Counted from the first letter of the stretch, positions 42,710 through 57,725 are shown. The stretch is 64,000 nucleotides of DNA from Octopus vulgaris (GCA_951406725.2 OX597837.1:8246001-8310000); one strand, 5' to 3'. Notes: generated by a model from the sequence alone, not told the origin. Program-made: numbers and translations.

Positions 42710-42900
42710 GCTGTGTGGTAAGCAGCTTGCTAAACAACCACATGGTTCCGGGTTCAGTCCCACTGCGTGGTATCTTGAGCAGATGTTTTCTACTAAGTGT
42801 CTTCTAGAAGACACTTGCCCAAGGTGCCACGCAGTGGGACTGAACCCGGAACCATGTGATTCGTAAGCAAATTACTTACCACACAGCCAATCCTGCGCCT
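42710..42900. mobile_element. Two SINE family A heads in inverted orientation
   Basis: 42710-42792 (+) and 42805-42900 (-). Confidence 0.8.
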
Positions 42901-43199
42901 ATATTCAAAATTTTGAAACACTTTTTTAGGAGAAACAGTTACATGTGTTCTATATTATTGTTATACATCTAATAAGGTGACCCGCCAATCTTTGTCATTA
43001 CAGTTTTAAGGGGACAGCTGTAAAAGCACCTGGAACACACTATACGAAATATTGTAGTCTGGGTAAGAAGACAATTTTGAAGCTCGCTAAGCAATAAACG
43101 TTTATAAGCTGGACAAAAACATAATAGAAACTTATGAAATGTCTTTGAGTGCTTTTGGATTAAGTTTTATGGGCCGAGCAATTCCACTGAGAGGCTTTT

Positions 43200-43698
43200 G
43201 AATATTCTCTTTATCGACGGCAAGATTATCATCTACATCCAATGGTTCCCCGGTGGTCAAACTGCCATCAATGAATAGTTTGCGGAGCTTTTGAGGCAGT
43301 TCAGGAAGAGATTTTCACGCAAAAGATCAGAGAACCTGCAGTGGGACAATGCGCCTGTCGCGATTCCACCCTGGCAACCAACCACTCGACAGAGATGGAC
43401 ATTAAAACATCCACTCACACTGCTTACGGTCCAGAACTTTCCCCCTGTGACATTTGGTTGTTTCAAACACCGAAGGAGAAGATGAAAATGCTTTGAAAAG
43501 GGTCTTGAACATGGAGGACTTCCATACAGAGACTTCACAAAGGACGTCTACGGAGGACTTCACAAAGTGTGCGGAGCGATACAAAATGTACATTGAAGTC
43601 AGAGGATATTAGTTTGAAGGAATTTAGATGCTAGTACTTTTATCGATAACTAACTCAACAGAAAACATCTCGAAAGTTCTTGGAATGTACTTTGGTAT
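43200..43698 (+). pseudogene. Degenerate mariner transposase 3' half
   Basis: LRQFRKRFSRKR..WDNAP (HDNA-like), AYGPELSPCDIWLF (YSPDLAPCDFWLF-like) and FTKCAERYKMYIEVRGY*FE, with stops and frameshifts. Confidence 0.75.
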
Positions 43699-43762
43699 AT
43701 TTGTGATGGTGAACCTCTGTATAATAATTTTGTTAATAATTTTGTGCTTTTAGCTGTGTGTT

Positions 43763-43765
<3 letters not shown>

Positions 43766-43794
<29 letters not shown>

Positions 43795-45098
43795 TGTATG
43801 TATGTATGTATGTATGTATGTGTGAATGTGTGTATGTGTGTATGTATGTATGTATGTTTGTATGTATGTATGTATGTATGTATGTATGTATGTATGTGTG
43901 TGTGTGTATGTATGTATGTATGTATGTATGTATGTATGTATGTATGTATGTATGTATGTATGTATGTATATGTATGTATGCATGTGTGAATGTATGTATG
44001 TATGTATGTGTGAATGTATGTATGTATGTATGTATGTATGTATGTATGTGTGAATGTGTGTATGTATGTATGTATGTATGTATGTATGTATGTATGTATG
44101 TATGTATGTATGTGTGAATGTGTGTATGTATGTATGTATGTATGCATGCATGCATGTATGTATGTATGCATGTATGTATGTATGTATGTATGTATGTGTG
44201 TATGTATGTATGTATGTATGTATGTATGTATGTATGTATGTATGTATGTATGTATGTATGTATGTATGTATGTGTGAATGTGTGTATGTATGTATGTATG
44301 TATGTATGTATGTATGTATGTGTGAATGTGTGTATGTATGTATGTATGTATGTATGTATGTATGTATGCATGCATGTATGTATGTATGTATGTATGTATG
44401 TGTATGTATGTATGTATGTATGTATGTATGTATGTATGTATGCATGAATGTATGTATGTATGTATGTATGTGTGTGTGTGTATGTATGTATGTATGTATG
44501 TATGTATGTATGTATGTATGTATGTATGTATGTATGTATGTATTTATGTATGTATGTATGTATGTATGTGTGTATGTATGTATGTATGTATGTATGTATG
44601 TATGTATGTATGTATGTATGTATGTGTGAATGTGTGTATGTATGTATGTATGTATGTATGTATGCATGCATGTATGTATGTATGTATGTATGTATGTATG
44701 TATGTATGTATGTATGTATGTATGTATGTATGTATGTATGTATGTATGTATGTATGTGTGAATGTATGTATGTATGTATGTATGTATGTATGTATGTATG
44801 TATGTATGTATGTATGTATGTATGTATGTATGTATGTATGCATGCATGTATGTATGTATGTATGTATGTATGTATGTATGTATGTATGTATGTGTGTATG
44901 TGTGTATGTGTGTATGTATGTATGTATGTATGTATGTATGTATGTATGTATGTATGTATGTGTGAATGTGTGTATGTATGTATGTATGTATGTATGTATG
45001 CATGCATGTATGTATGTATGTATGTATGTATGTATGTATGTATGTATGTGTATGTATGTATGTATGTATGTGTGAATGTGTGTATGTATGTATGTGTG
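43766..45098. repeat. 1.3-kb (ATGT)n array with recurrent variant units
   Basis: TATG repeats interrupted by GTGTGAATGT and GCATGC. Confidence 0.95.
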
Positions 45099-45723
45099 TT
45101 ATTCAGTTTATTTCAAGATTTCTTGCCAATAGAGAAAGAACCGGTTTCTATCCTGCATCTCAGGTTCCTTCATTGGAATTTCAACATCAACAAAGAATTT
45201 TTGTATGTATGTATGTATGTATGTATGTATGCATGTATATATGTGTGTGTGTGTGTGTATGTGTGTGTGTGAATATATAGTGGTTCGGTAATGTTTGTAT
45301 GTAAGTGCACGAGGATGTGTTATATATACGCTTACGCGTAAGTATGAATATGTATGTAGGCAGAAACATTTTTGAGAGTTCTTGTCAGCGTGTCTGTATG
45401 TGTTTATACATGTTTGTGATTTTATGTGTAAGAATGTGTATGTATGTGAGTGTGTTTGTGTAGACTTGTGTGTGTATGTAAGACTGTAGATTAGTATGTG
45501 TGCGTATATAAGAGTACGTCTGCATCACGATGTCTGGATGTGTGTAAGTTGAGATATGTCTGTCTGTGTGTGTGTGAGAGTGTATGTGGTATATATGCGT
45601 GTGAGTGTGACGTGTGTATGTATTGATATATATATAAATGTGTACGCATATGTAAATGTGAGTGTGTATGTGTGTATTTGTGTGTGTGTATGTGTGTGCG
45701 TGAGTGTTTTGATGTTTATATGG

Positions 45724-45811
<88 letters not shown>

Positions 45812-46113
45812 ATTTCCCACAGAGATGTCATCGATTCTAAGTAAAACTGGAATTGAAAATCAAAATAAAAGAGAAACGGAGACAGAAGGAGGAAAGAGAG
45901 AGCGAGAGACGAAGAGAGAGAGAGAGAGAGAAAGAGAGGGAGAGAGAGAGGGATATAAAACTGAGCAAACGAGAAAGAAGGAGAAGAAATAGAGAGAGAC
46001 AGAGTGACAGCGAGAAAGATAGAGTGACAGAGAGAGAGAGACAGAGAGACAGAGAGACAGAGAAAGAAAACTGAGCCAACGAGAAAGAAGAAGACAGAGA
46101 GAGACAGAGTGAC

Positions 46114-46166
<53 letters not shown>

Positions 46167-46189
46167 AAACTGAGCCAACGAGAAGGAAG

Positions 46190-46224
<35 letters not shown>

Positions 46225-46353
46225 AGGAGGAGACAGATATTGAAACAACGAGACAGAAAGTCTGTCGAAATGTGACAGATTTTCAGTAATTCATTTCAAC
46301 TTCAACACACCAACAATGGGGGACAGTGTCTGATATATAAAGATGGAGGAACA

Positions 46354-46395
<42 letters not shown>

Positions 46396-46961
46396 TACAC
46401 AGAGGCACATATGCATTCACAGAGAGGAGGTGAGGTGGGTAGTAAAGAGATGGTGTAACGGTGGTGGAGCAAGATTTTACAACGAAGACATCGATAATAA
46501 CTTGGAATTTTAATAAATATGTACTCTTCAAAGTGTAATTCTTCAGTTCTATGTTTGATTATTACCTGTTACTCGACATAAAAAACGCTACAAATACCGT
46601 TTGGAAGTAGAAACTGTAAAACCATGCAAGACTTTTCTTAAATTTAAAACGTGACATTGTTTTCGTTATTTACATTTCAAAGATGGAGTTTTGTGTCTTT
46701 GGCAAAACCCAGCTCCTTCTTCTGTGGAAGAATTCAAAAAATTAAAAGCAGCAGAGAACATACATACATACATACATACATACATACATACATACATGCA
46801 TACATACATACATGCATACATACGTATATACATACATACATGTATACATACATACATACATATATACATACATACATGCATACATATATATGTATATACA
46901 TACATACATGCATACATACATAAACATAAACATACATTTATATATGTGTTGGTATATGTAA

Positions 46962-46996
<35 letters not shown>

Positions 46997-47014
46997 AGTG
47001 TTGTGTATACACTA

Positions 47015-47247
47015 TGTGGCAAGAAGCTTTCAGGTTCAGTCCCACTGCGTGGCATCTTGCGCAAGTGTATTCTACGATAGCCAAAACCTTGTGATTGGAT
47101 TTGGTAGAGGGAAACTGAAAGAAGCCCGTCGTATATCTATACCTATGCTTTTGTGTGTGTGTCTCTGTGCCTGTGTTTCTCCCCTACCATCTCTTGACAA
47201 CGGATGTTTGTGTGTTTACATCCCCGTTATTTAGCGATTCGGCAAAA
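47015..47247 (+). mobile_element. SINE family A copy
   Basis: ggttcagtcccactgcgtggc...ggaaactgaaagaagcccgtcgtata. Confidence 0.78.
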
Positions 47248-47644
47248 TCTGATAAGGGTACACCAGGCACATACATCACAACCATATGTGCACGACATGG
47301 TGATCTTATATCAAGATAAACAGCGCATGACCTTGCAGGTGGGACGCAGTTAGAATTTTCTGAAGGTCGAGTAACCCATCCCACTCAAAAGGTCCCTGAA
47401 TAAGGATTGTTTAAGGATGTTGAACGAACCACCCATGTTTCCGAAGGTAAATTATCCAAACCCCAAAGAATTCCTTTTAACACACGGCTATGATGCTCCT
47501 CCACCACTTCTGCTCGTGGTCAGGGATGCACATATCGTCAGCCGCTAAGGGACATGCTCAACTGGTTAAGGTCAAACAACTGACAAGCAAATCTGTGGTA
47601 TTGAGCAGAATATTTGCTGTAACCCATCTTTTATACCAATACAA
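47248..47644 (-). mobile_element. Second copy of the 3623-4031 family
   Basis: tctgataagggtacaccaggcac...taagggacatgctcaactggtta.ggtcaa is the reverse complement of 3623-3950. Adjacent to (ATT)n. Confidence 0.75.
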
Positions 47645-47686
47645 TTATTATTATTATTGATATTATTATAATTGTTGTTGTTGTTG

Positions 47687-47722
<36 letters not shown>

Positions 47723-47731
47723 GTGTTGTTG

Positions 47732-47777
<46 letters not shown>

Positions 47778-48145
47778 CATTATTATTATTATTATTGTTA
47801 TTATTACTATGGCTATTATAACCACATGCAGCAATCTTACTAACACACTCATGCATACCTACTAAACACACACACAGAGCGTCAAAGATAAGCATACTGA
47901 AATATACATCTGTATAGGAAGTACATACACCAACGACCAGTACGAACACATACATACACACGCATCCACACACACATTCCCATACACACACTCGCATACA
48001 CAAACATTTACACACGCACGCACGAACACACACAGACACGAATAAAGAAACACTCTACGCATAAAAACAATACACATATACACATATATACGCAAAACTA
48101 CACACATAAACGCACAAAAAACATAAGCAGAAACGCTTATGTAAA

Positions 48146-48203
<58 letters not shown>

Positions 48204-48212
48204 GATATTCAT

Positions 48213-48246
<34 letters not shown>

Positions 48247-48298
48247 TTACATATGTATGTATGCATGTAGGTATGTAAGATCGTATGTATACATACAT

Positions 48299-48329
<31 letters not shown>

Positions 48330-48416
48330 CATGCATATACATGCATACATACATTCACACATACATACATACATATATACATACATATATGCATACATAT
48401 ATACATACATACATAT

Positions 48417-48483
<67 letters not shown>

Positions 48484-48490
48484 TATATAC

Positions 48491-48561
<71 letters not shown>

Positions 48562-48952
48562 ACACACAGAAGCAGAGAACTAAGAAAATTACATGAACGA
48601 AATATTGTGAAAGCCGGAGAAAGAATAGCAGAAAAGAAAGCGATGATAAAAACAAAATGGCGTCGACGAAATCTCAACACGTCACTGTTAAGTAAGACTG
48701 CTTAAACGATTATCTGAGGAAATCTGTTAGGAGAAAAAGAATGGATACATATTTACTGGAACCAACACATGAGACTAGCTTTCACAGCATTACAAAGAAC
48801 ATCGCTTATACAGCAATGGATACCCAGACTCATTTACTTGCAAAAACACAAATATACGAACGCGCACGCGCGCAGGTTTTTCGCGGGAGGATACGAAAGG
48901 GAGGTGGACGTGGTGAAGAAAGAAAAGAAACATAAAGGAAAGGAACGAAAGA

Positions 48953-49016
<64 letters not shown>

Positions 49017-49163
49017 TTAGGGTGTCGAATGAGACACAGGCAAATAATGTGAGAGAGAGAGAAAGAGAAAGAGAAAAAAGAGAAAACGATATATACATAT
49101 GTATATGAGTGTATATTTTTCTCTCATTATTTGTCTCTCAAGCGCTCTCTCTCTCACTGTCTT

Positions 49164-49195
<32 letters not shown>

Positions 49196-49232
49196 CATAT
49201 GTAGATAGATAAGCACATATATATGTAATATA

Positions 49233-49276
<44 letters not shown>

Positions 49277-49282
49277 GTATAT

Positions 49283-49374
<92 letters not shown>

Positions 49375-49469
49375 GTATATGTCCACATATACCTACGGTG
49401 ACATAAGACAGACAGAGAAAAGAGAAAGAGAACGAGAGATAGAGAAAAATAGATAGATAGATAGATAGA

Positions 49470-49507
<38 letters not shown>

Positions 49508-50353
49508 AAAAAGAGTTGTTTTGATTATGAAATGTATTTATAAAGACATTTCTTACAAAACTGCAGACTTGGTTGCTTGTGTATGTATGTGTGCATATAA
49601 AAAACAAATATATGTATATATATATATATACGTATATATATGTGTGCGTTCGTGCGTGTGTATACATATATATTATGACATTATATATATATATATACAT
49701 ATACATATGTTATAATGTAATAAATTAACAGACGCACACACACACATACACACACATACACATATACAGGATTTCATATAGAATTAGAATTAAATTTCAG
49801 ATGACCAGTTTCACTGCAACGTCTGTGAAAAAAAAAACCTATAAGTCACACGGAGGATTGAAGCGACATTTTGAACATTCATAATAAACAAATGATACAC
49901 ATATACCTACGTGACGTACATACACATACATACATATATACATACATACACACATACATACATACATACATACATACATACATACACACACACATACATA
50001 CATACATACATACATACATACATACATACATACATACATACATACATACATACATGTATACATACATAGTCAATCCAAATAAAAATTCAGTTAATAAAAA
50101 AAATGAATAATAAAATTAACGAATAACAAAGAGGAGGTTATTTACAATTCCAAAATGGAATTTTTTTTTGAAAAATATATTAAACTATAAGGTGATGTCA
50201 TGTTGGAAACGCAATGTGGAAGTCCATAAAAGGGAAGAATGCTACTGATATTTAACCCTAGGAAAAACTGTTTCCAGTTGGCTATGACACGTTTTCTGTC
50301 TCCTTATGTTTCCAAGGGAGGAGATAAGCACGTCCACTCAGCAAAGTCAGCAC

Positions 50354-50394
50354 CCAGAGACTAGTTTCAGACTCATTGCTCATCATCAGTCTGG
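50354..50394 (-). ncRNA. Hammerhead copy with degenerate stem II
   Basis: Minus strand reads CCAGA CTGATGA tgagcaatgagtct GAAA CTAG TC TCTGG. Confidence 0.6.
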
Positions 50395-50601
50395 AGTAGC
50401 ATGACTTGCTAGCAGTCGATGGTCATTCGTCTTTGAAAACATATATTTCAAGTGAAATGCATTCCTTAATTTTACTGTATAAATATATCTGAGAGATTTA
50501 GAAATGAAATATTTCTATTTTAGAAATCAGCGAATGTATTTCACTTGAAATATGTTTTCAAAAGCGACTGAACATCGACAGCTCGCAGGTCCATGCTACT
50601 C

Positions 50602-50640
50602 CAGACTGATGAGGAGGAATGACTCCGAAACTAGTCTCTG
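50602..50640 (+). ncRNA. Canonical minimal type I hammerhead ribozyme (GUC site)
   Basis: CAGA|CTGATGA|GGAG-gaatga-CTCC|GAAA|CTAG|TC|TCTG. Confidence 0.82.
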
Positions 50641-51182
50641 AATACTAGTTTTGCTGGGCGGAGGTGCCTATCTCCGTCTTTGAAAACATCAGGACACAGA
50701 AAATGTGTTATGGCCAACTGGAAACGTTGATTCCTAGGGCTGAATAACAGTAACATTCTTCCCTTTCATGGGACTGTCACATTAAGTTGACAACATAACA
50801 TCACCCTATTGTGCTACTGTATAAATCTCTCTGAGAGATTTAGAAATGCAATATTTCTATTTATGAAAACATGATGCTTCGGAATACTTAAAAAGCCCAT
50901 AAAACATTACCCACCGGTTATTATTTGTTTACATTTCTTTTTTTTTTTTATTCCCTTATATGTATTTCCGTGCACTAAATTTTGTATCTTATTTGCTTAC
51001 ATAGCCCTCCTCTTTGGTAGCTCAGCTTGTGATTTAATTGCTTTAGCGCTTTCTCCGTGTGCGTTTATGCCTATGGAAGGAGTCTGTTAAAATTTTATCT
51101 CGAAAACTGATCCTGGTGGATGACAGATTTATCTGTGCGAAGTTTTGCCTGAAGCTTTATGAGCCCTAATAACACGCATGAG

Positions 51183-51356
<174 letters not shown>

Positions 51357-51544
51357 GTATATATGTTTGTGTACAGTCTGTCTGCTTTTATGTGTGTGTA
51401 TATATATGTGTGTATGTATGTATGTATATATATATATGTATGTATATATATATATATGTATATATATGTATATATATATATATGTATATATATATACATA
51501 CAAAAGTAGCAGATAAATACCTGTCGCCTTTCAAGATACAGAAC

Positions 51545-51627
<83 letters not shown>

Positions 51628-52455
51628 CCTACGTTTCAGATAATGCTTAATCAGTTCGATATACTGTAACAAATGGTGTATATACAGAATGCGTGGGGTA
51701 TTTGAGGACATATTGGGAAATTTAACAAACCAAATATATTTTGATAGATATTTGTGCGCATGCTCTTGGTTTGCTTTCTTGTAAGTTCATTCGATGTCTG
51801 TGTTATTTTCATTTTTGCGTAATTAAGACAAAACATTCTCCGCACCCTGTATGTGTATGTGTGTACACACACGCATACCTAGACGCACACACATACGTAC
51901 TCATACATACTTAAGCATACGCACATTCGTAGACACACATATATATACTTAAAGACTGAAATATCGTCACATTTACACTTTTTTGAAATGCAAGACATTT
52001 GAAGTTATATATTAATGTACAAATTAACACTGACAACTTGTGTAGCAAGAGGCGACAGAAAATGAAGCCGGTAACCCCGAGATATCTAACAAGCGATGAA
52101 TACACGTTCTTTACTGCGTCTATTATTACGCATTATGTAAAGCGAATATACCCAGTGGCAATTGCTAATTCGCTTTACGTACTGATCATATGTCAATCAA
52201 CACTTTATTGCTTTAAGAGCGCCAATTTTAATTGAAGGTATTACAAGTGCAGACATGACTGTGTGGCTAATAGGTTCGCTTTGCAAATGCGTAGATTCGG
52301 TTTCAGTTCTGCTGCGTGTCATTTTGAGCCAGTGTCTTTCTACAATAGAGCAGGGACGACAAATGTCTTGTGAGTGGAGTGAATTTAGTGAACGGAATCT
52401 TTGTGCATATATATAAATAGATGATGTATTCTCTCCTTGTTAACAATTAACACGG

Positions 52456-52492
<37 letters not shown>

Positions 52493-53718
52493 TCCTTTGG
52501 AATAATACCAGTGATATCTTCGAAACATGTGTCGGAAGTAAAAGAATTTGAATAGCACCTGCTGCGTTTAACTCCATTTATATATATATATAGACACATA
52601 TATATATATATAGATGAGTGTATTTTTACCTTGTTAACAATTAACATATGTTTGTGTGTGTGTGTGTGTGTGTGCGTACGTAGATAGATAGATTTTGTGT
52701 CTTTATGATAGCGTTTGTCCGCTCCTTGACCATCGGTTTTGTGTTGTTTATGTCCCTGTAGATTGGTAGTTCGGCAAAAGAAAACGATAAAGTACCGAGG
52801 TCGATTTGCCTGACAAAATCCCTAAAAGGTAAAAAAAAAAAAAATGGACGCAAGAAGCTGTAATTTCGTTTGGTTTCACAAATATTCGTCAACCCCTTGG
52901 CACTGTTGGAAGAAATAATTTACGGATGAGTTTTAGGAAGTCCGGAATATCATGGATGTCATCAAACGAAGCGAGAACCAAAAAAAAAAAAAAAAGGCCG
53001 AAGGTAATCTAAAAAAATAGGGGATTCAGAAATAATAAATAAAAGAGAGAAATACAAACACACACACACAAAAATAATACCTGGTCTTGCTGTAGTTGCC
53101 ACCGAGCTTAAACCAGCTCGAAATGCTTTAGGTGAACATATTGTTTCCAAGAGCTTTTTCAACATTGGTATCGGCAATAAATTGGATGGAACGGAAGATA
53201 ACCTAGTGTGGAAAGATCAGGACGTAACGAGAGACAGCAGTGAGAGTTTAGATGGAAAAAAAGATACGAAACGATAGGACGGGACATTGATATAAAACAA
53301 GATCAAGAAGAATCGTTACAGCTATATAGAGAGCGAGATGATGAAACGAACTTTGATGGTTTATAAATGATAAGTCGTTTTATGAGCAATGGATACTATT
53401 AAATGTGTGCTACAGACTTCGGTCAATAGCTTTTAAGCGAAAGTTATTTAGAAAAAAAAGCAAGGAACCAAACAAGCTATAGAGGTTTGTGTTTTATTTT
53501 TTGGGTTTTTCTGCTATTTTGGTTACTGCGATTGATGTGTTTTATGATTCGCCAAAAAAAATATTTTGTCGGTTTCTTTTAACATCCATCCCCACTACAA
53601 ATATATGTTTTTTTTTTCTTGTTTCAGCTCAGAGCTGCGGCCATGCTAATGCACCGCCGTTAAAAAATTTGTCCTATTGTAAATAAGGAATTTTTTGATG
53701 TTGTTGTTGTTATTATTA

Positions 53719-53794
<76 letters not shown>

Positions 53795-53797
<3 letters not shown>

Positions 53798-54106
53798 TAG
53801 TTTTATTTTTATAGCGTGCTTTCACTTCACTACCGAGCGCAGCTCTGTGTACCTTGGGTATGTGCTGTGATTTGTTGTGATGCTCTGATGGTTATTGTAT
53901 GGAAAGTGTTCTGCGTAGGATGTGTGCAGTGCCTAGTAGTGCAATTTTCTGTATGTTATATGTGTTTGTAAGTCCTGGTGTTTTTGTTATGTATTTGTCT
54001 GAATATTTTTTTATCATGCCTAATGCACCTACTATGGTAGGAATTGTTTCTGTTTTCAGGTTCCACATTCTGGTTACCTCTATTTCCAGGTCTTTGTATT
54101 TTGAAA
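53795..54106 (-). mobile_element. 3' fragment of an R4/Dong-like RLE non-LTR retrotransposon inserted in (TAA)n
   Basis: SKYKDLEIEVTRMWNLKTETIPTIVGALG...IQKIALLGTAHILRRTLSIQ*, plus about 95 nt of 3' UTR. (TTA)n on both sides. Confidence 0.85.
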
Positions 54107-54235
<129 letters not shown>

Positions 54236-54254
54236 CATTATTATTATTATTATT

Positions 54255-54328
54255 CAGGTCACTACCTGGAATCGAACTTGGAATCTTTGGGTTAGCAGCC
54301 TGCACTCTTAACCACTATGCCATATGCC
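54255..54328 (-). mobile_element. Short tRNA-like SINE or retro-pseudogene with (AAT)n tail
   Basis: Minus strand reads ggcatatggcatagtggttaagagtgcaggctgctaacccaaagattccaagttcgattccaggtagtgacctg. A and B boxes are present but the stems pair poorly. Confidence 0.65.
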
Positions 54329-54335
54329 AGTGTGA

Positions 54336-54366
<31 letters not shown>

Positions 54367-54403
54367 TGTATGTATGCATGTTTGTATGCATGTATATGTA
54401 TGT

Positions 54404-54440
<37 letters not shown>

Positions 54441-54832
54441 TGTGTTCTAAGTATTTAAACTGAATCCGGTTTCAACCGTAGAGTTTTGGAGTTATTCGGC
54501 ACATGAAGTCACCACTAAGTCACCATTAGACCCAGTTACATCCTTACTCAGAACGGTAGCAGATTTCAAGGTACCATATGTGAATTAAATAGATTGAACT
54601 GCATCCGCGAGTGAGAACCAAGTTAGGGTCTTGTTCAATAGTAAAGTTTATTCACAGCAGTGAGTTACGTACAATGTAAAACGCCTTGTATAAGATTTCT
54701 GTAAAGAAGTAAGTTGTGTTTTATAGAGATGTCTATAGTGTGTGTTAGCCGTAAATGAATGCGTGAAGATATTATATGTACTTTGTGTAAATAGGAAAAG
54801 ACTTGATAGAAATGTTTCTAGAAAACATGGGA

Positions 54833-55243
54833 GGGATCTTTTCGGTTTGAACGGCAATTTTTTCTAGCGGTGTCATATGAAATTATCACCCATAATTATG
54901 ACCCTAGTATCGATCTATTGCATTTCAATCTATTTTAGGATTAGGGGTGGGAGGAAGGGTATCTTTTTTTTTTCTTCACAAATGTAAATAAACCCAATCT
55001 GTTTCTTAAAAGAGGAACATATTCATACGACACAGAATGTTTTACCTCAATAGACGTCATTGATTGGTTGAAATTGCAGAAATTGAAAAAAACAACAAAT
55101 ATCTTACAAACTATAGAATTTTCTCAATAAAGCCAATAGAAAAAGATGTTTTATAAACAGATCCTACCAGTATACGAAGTTTAAAAGTCTTTAGTTATGT
55201 GGAAATTATTTTTAAAAACTGCCGTTCAAACCGAAAAGATCCC
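54833..55243. mobile_element. MITE with 24-bp TIRs and 6-bp TSD
   Basis: TIR GGGATCTTTTCGGTTTGAACGGCA at both ends. ATGGGA is duplicated at 54827-54832 and 55244-55249. Confidence 0.88.
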
Positions 55244-55815
55244 ATGGGAGATTATGGCATTGAGTTTGGTCGATACTGTTGGTACACGTGAACGAAAAGT
55301 TGTTCTTGTGTGAGAGACGTCAGCACAAATGCGACAGAACCAAACTACAAGCCGCGAGTCCTTAGAAAAACGATGTAAAGGAACTCAATTAAACATGGTC
55401 GCAGCCACATTGTGTAAGTGACAAACGGACGTAGTAGAGAGAGCTTGATACAAGGAACCTGTCTATTCGGCCAAAACACACCGAACGGATCTGTAAACCT
55501 ATTGTATCGTCTGTGCTTACTTGAGATTAAAAATGTATGTGTTAGTCTAATGCTAGCACAGACATGGTACAAACATAACAGACACAGAAACATCTCTCAA
55601 ATTTATAAATAGGATATAAGTTACACTCAAAGATACTGAGTGCCTTAACTTTGATTTAGTAAACAAAAAGCTTATATTCTCTGTGTGTGTGTGTGTGTGT
55701 GTGTGCAAATGTATATACATATACATATGTGTGTCTGTCTTTGCATGCATGTGTGTGCTTGTGTCTATCTATCTGTCTGTCTGTCTATCTATGTGTGTAT
55801 CTATCTATCTATCCA

Positions 55816-55853
<38 letters not shown>

Positions 55854-55913
55854 CATCCATCCATCTTTCTCTCTCTCTCTCTCTCTATCTAACTAAGGAT
55901 CTATCTATCAGTA

Positions 55914-55979
<66 letters not shown>

Positions 55980-55996
55980 CATCCATCTATCTATCA

Positions 55997-56035
<39 letters not shown>

Positions 56036-56580
56036 CATCTATCTATCTATCTATCCATCTATCTATCTATCTGTTTGTCTGCCTGTCTCTATGTATGTAT
56101 TATGTATACATATATCTAAGTGCTTGTTTCTTTGGAGAGCAAGTGCATATGCGCAGATCTGTATATTTCAGCATACAAAGAACGATTCTTCATATAATAA
56201 ATGCTAAAAGAAAATCAAAAATATTTTTAAAAATTTAGAGAAATAAAAAAAAAACAATATTATTGATTTAAATAATATAATAAAAACCAAAAAAAAAACA
56301 AGAAAAAAACAAAACAAAAGTTGATAAAAAACAATAATGAAATATAAGTTGGTTGATTTCCAGAGTTTTCTTTTTGGAAAATTTCTTTGTTTTAGAAAAC
56401 AGAAGTTATGGATATTTTCTTAAAAACATGGGGATTATTTTTCCTGCGATACATCACTTTTCTTAGACGTTCAGAGACACAATCTTGTCATTGGCTAAAC
56501 TTTATTTTATTTTATTGTATGTATAAAATATTTTATTCCTAGTTATATTTTAGTGTATGTCATATATAGATATATATTAT

Positions 56581-56627
<47 letters not shown>

Positions 56628-56836
56628 TAGATTGTATATATTATGTTATTTAGAATAAAACATTTTCTAAGTTTAACGCAATGCAGTAAAAAACGTGATT
56701 TGAATGTTACCTATATACATGCGTATACACATACATACAAATATATATACATATACACACATACATACACACATACATGCAAATATACATACATACGTAC
56801 ATACATACAAATATAAATACATTCAAACATCTATCA

Positions 56837-56869
<33 letters not shown>

Positions 56870-56870
56870 C

Positions 56871-56938
<68 letters not shown>

Positions 56939-57013
56939 TTATCTATCTGTCTATCTATCTACCTATCTATCTATCTATCTATCTATCTATCTCTCTATCT
57001 ATCTATCTATATA

Positions 57014-57055
<42 letters not shown>

Positions 57056-57321
57056 CAGATAAGGAGAGAAAGAGAGAGAGAGGTAAAGAGAGTAGTATAT
57101 ATTCATGTATATATGTAAGCTTGTATGTATTTATACATACACACACATATGTAGATAGGGTTGAAATCCAGGACGTTTATATGTATATATATATATATAT
57201 ATATACATATAAAAGCATATATATAAATATATATACACATGTATATATGTATATCTATCTATATATACATATATATATAAATACATACATGTATATATAC
57301 ATATACACACAAACGTCTATG

Positions 57322-57375
<54 letters not shown>

Positions 57376-57725
57376 CATGTTTGTGTATAAGTAACTATAT
57401 GCTTGTATATGTATACGCATGCATTACAATCAACCTGACATATCTGGTGGTAGGGCGATTGTTAAAAATTATTTTCGTACCTACATCCACCATCAATGTA
57501 TATAAATATGTAAATTTTTCCATCTCCATATCTAGGGTTTTTTTTCTTCTTCTTCATATATTCTCACACTCTCCTTTTTTCTTCTGTTTTCAGTTTACTA
57601 TGCAAAGAAACTGTATACAATTTTGGTTTATGGAAGCAAAGCGATAATGCAGAAAAAAATAAGGAAGAACAGCGACACTATTCCACACATAGCGAAGGAT
57701 ACACCTCACCATCAAATAGAAACAA

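Larger units (their letters stand above)
50187..50862. mobile_element. Older PLE-type inverted pair with duplicated tail
   Basis: About 50187-50464 and about 50532-50809 are diverged inverted repeats. An about 48-nt tail (tactgtataaat..gagagatttagaaatg..atatttctattt) occurs at 50473 and 50815. Confidence 0.75.

Noticed and set aside
43650-45272. ORFs up to 424 aa (HTYI / MYVC repeats)
   Set aside because: They are translations of (ATGT)n, which lacks stop codons.
54255-54328. Functional tRNA gene
   Set aside because: The acceptor and anticodon stems do not pair, and an (AAT)n tail follows instead of a T-run terminator.
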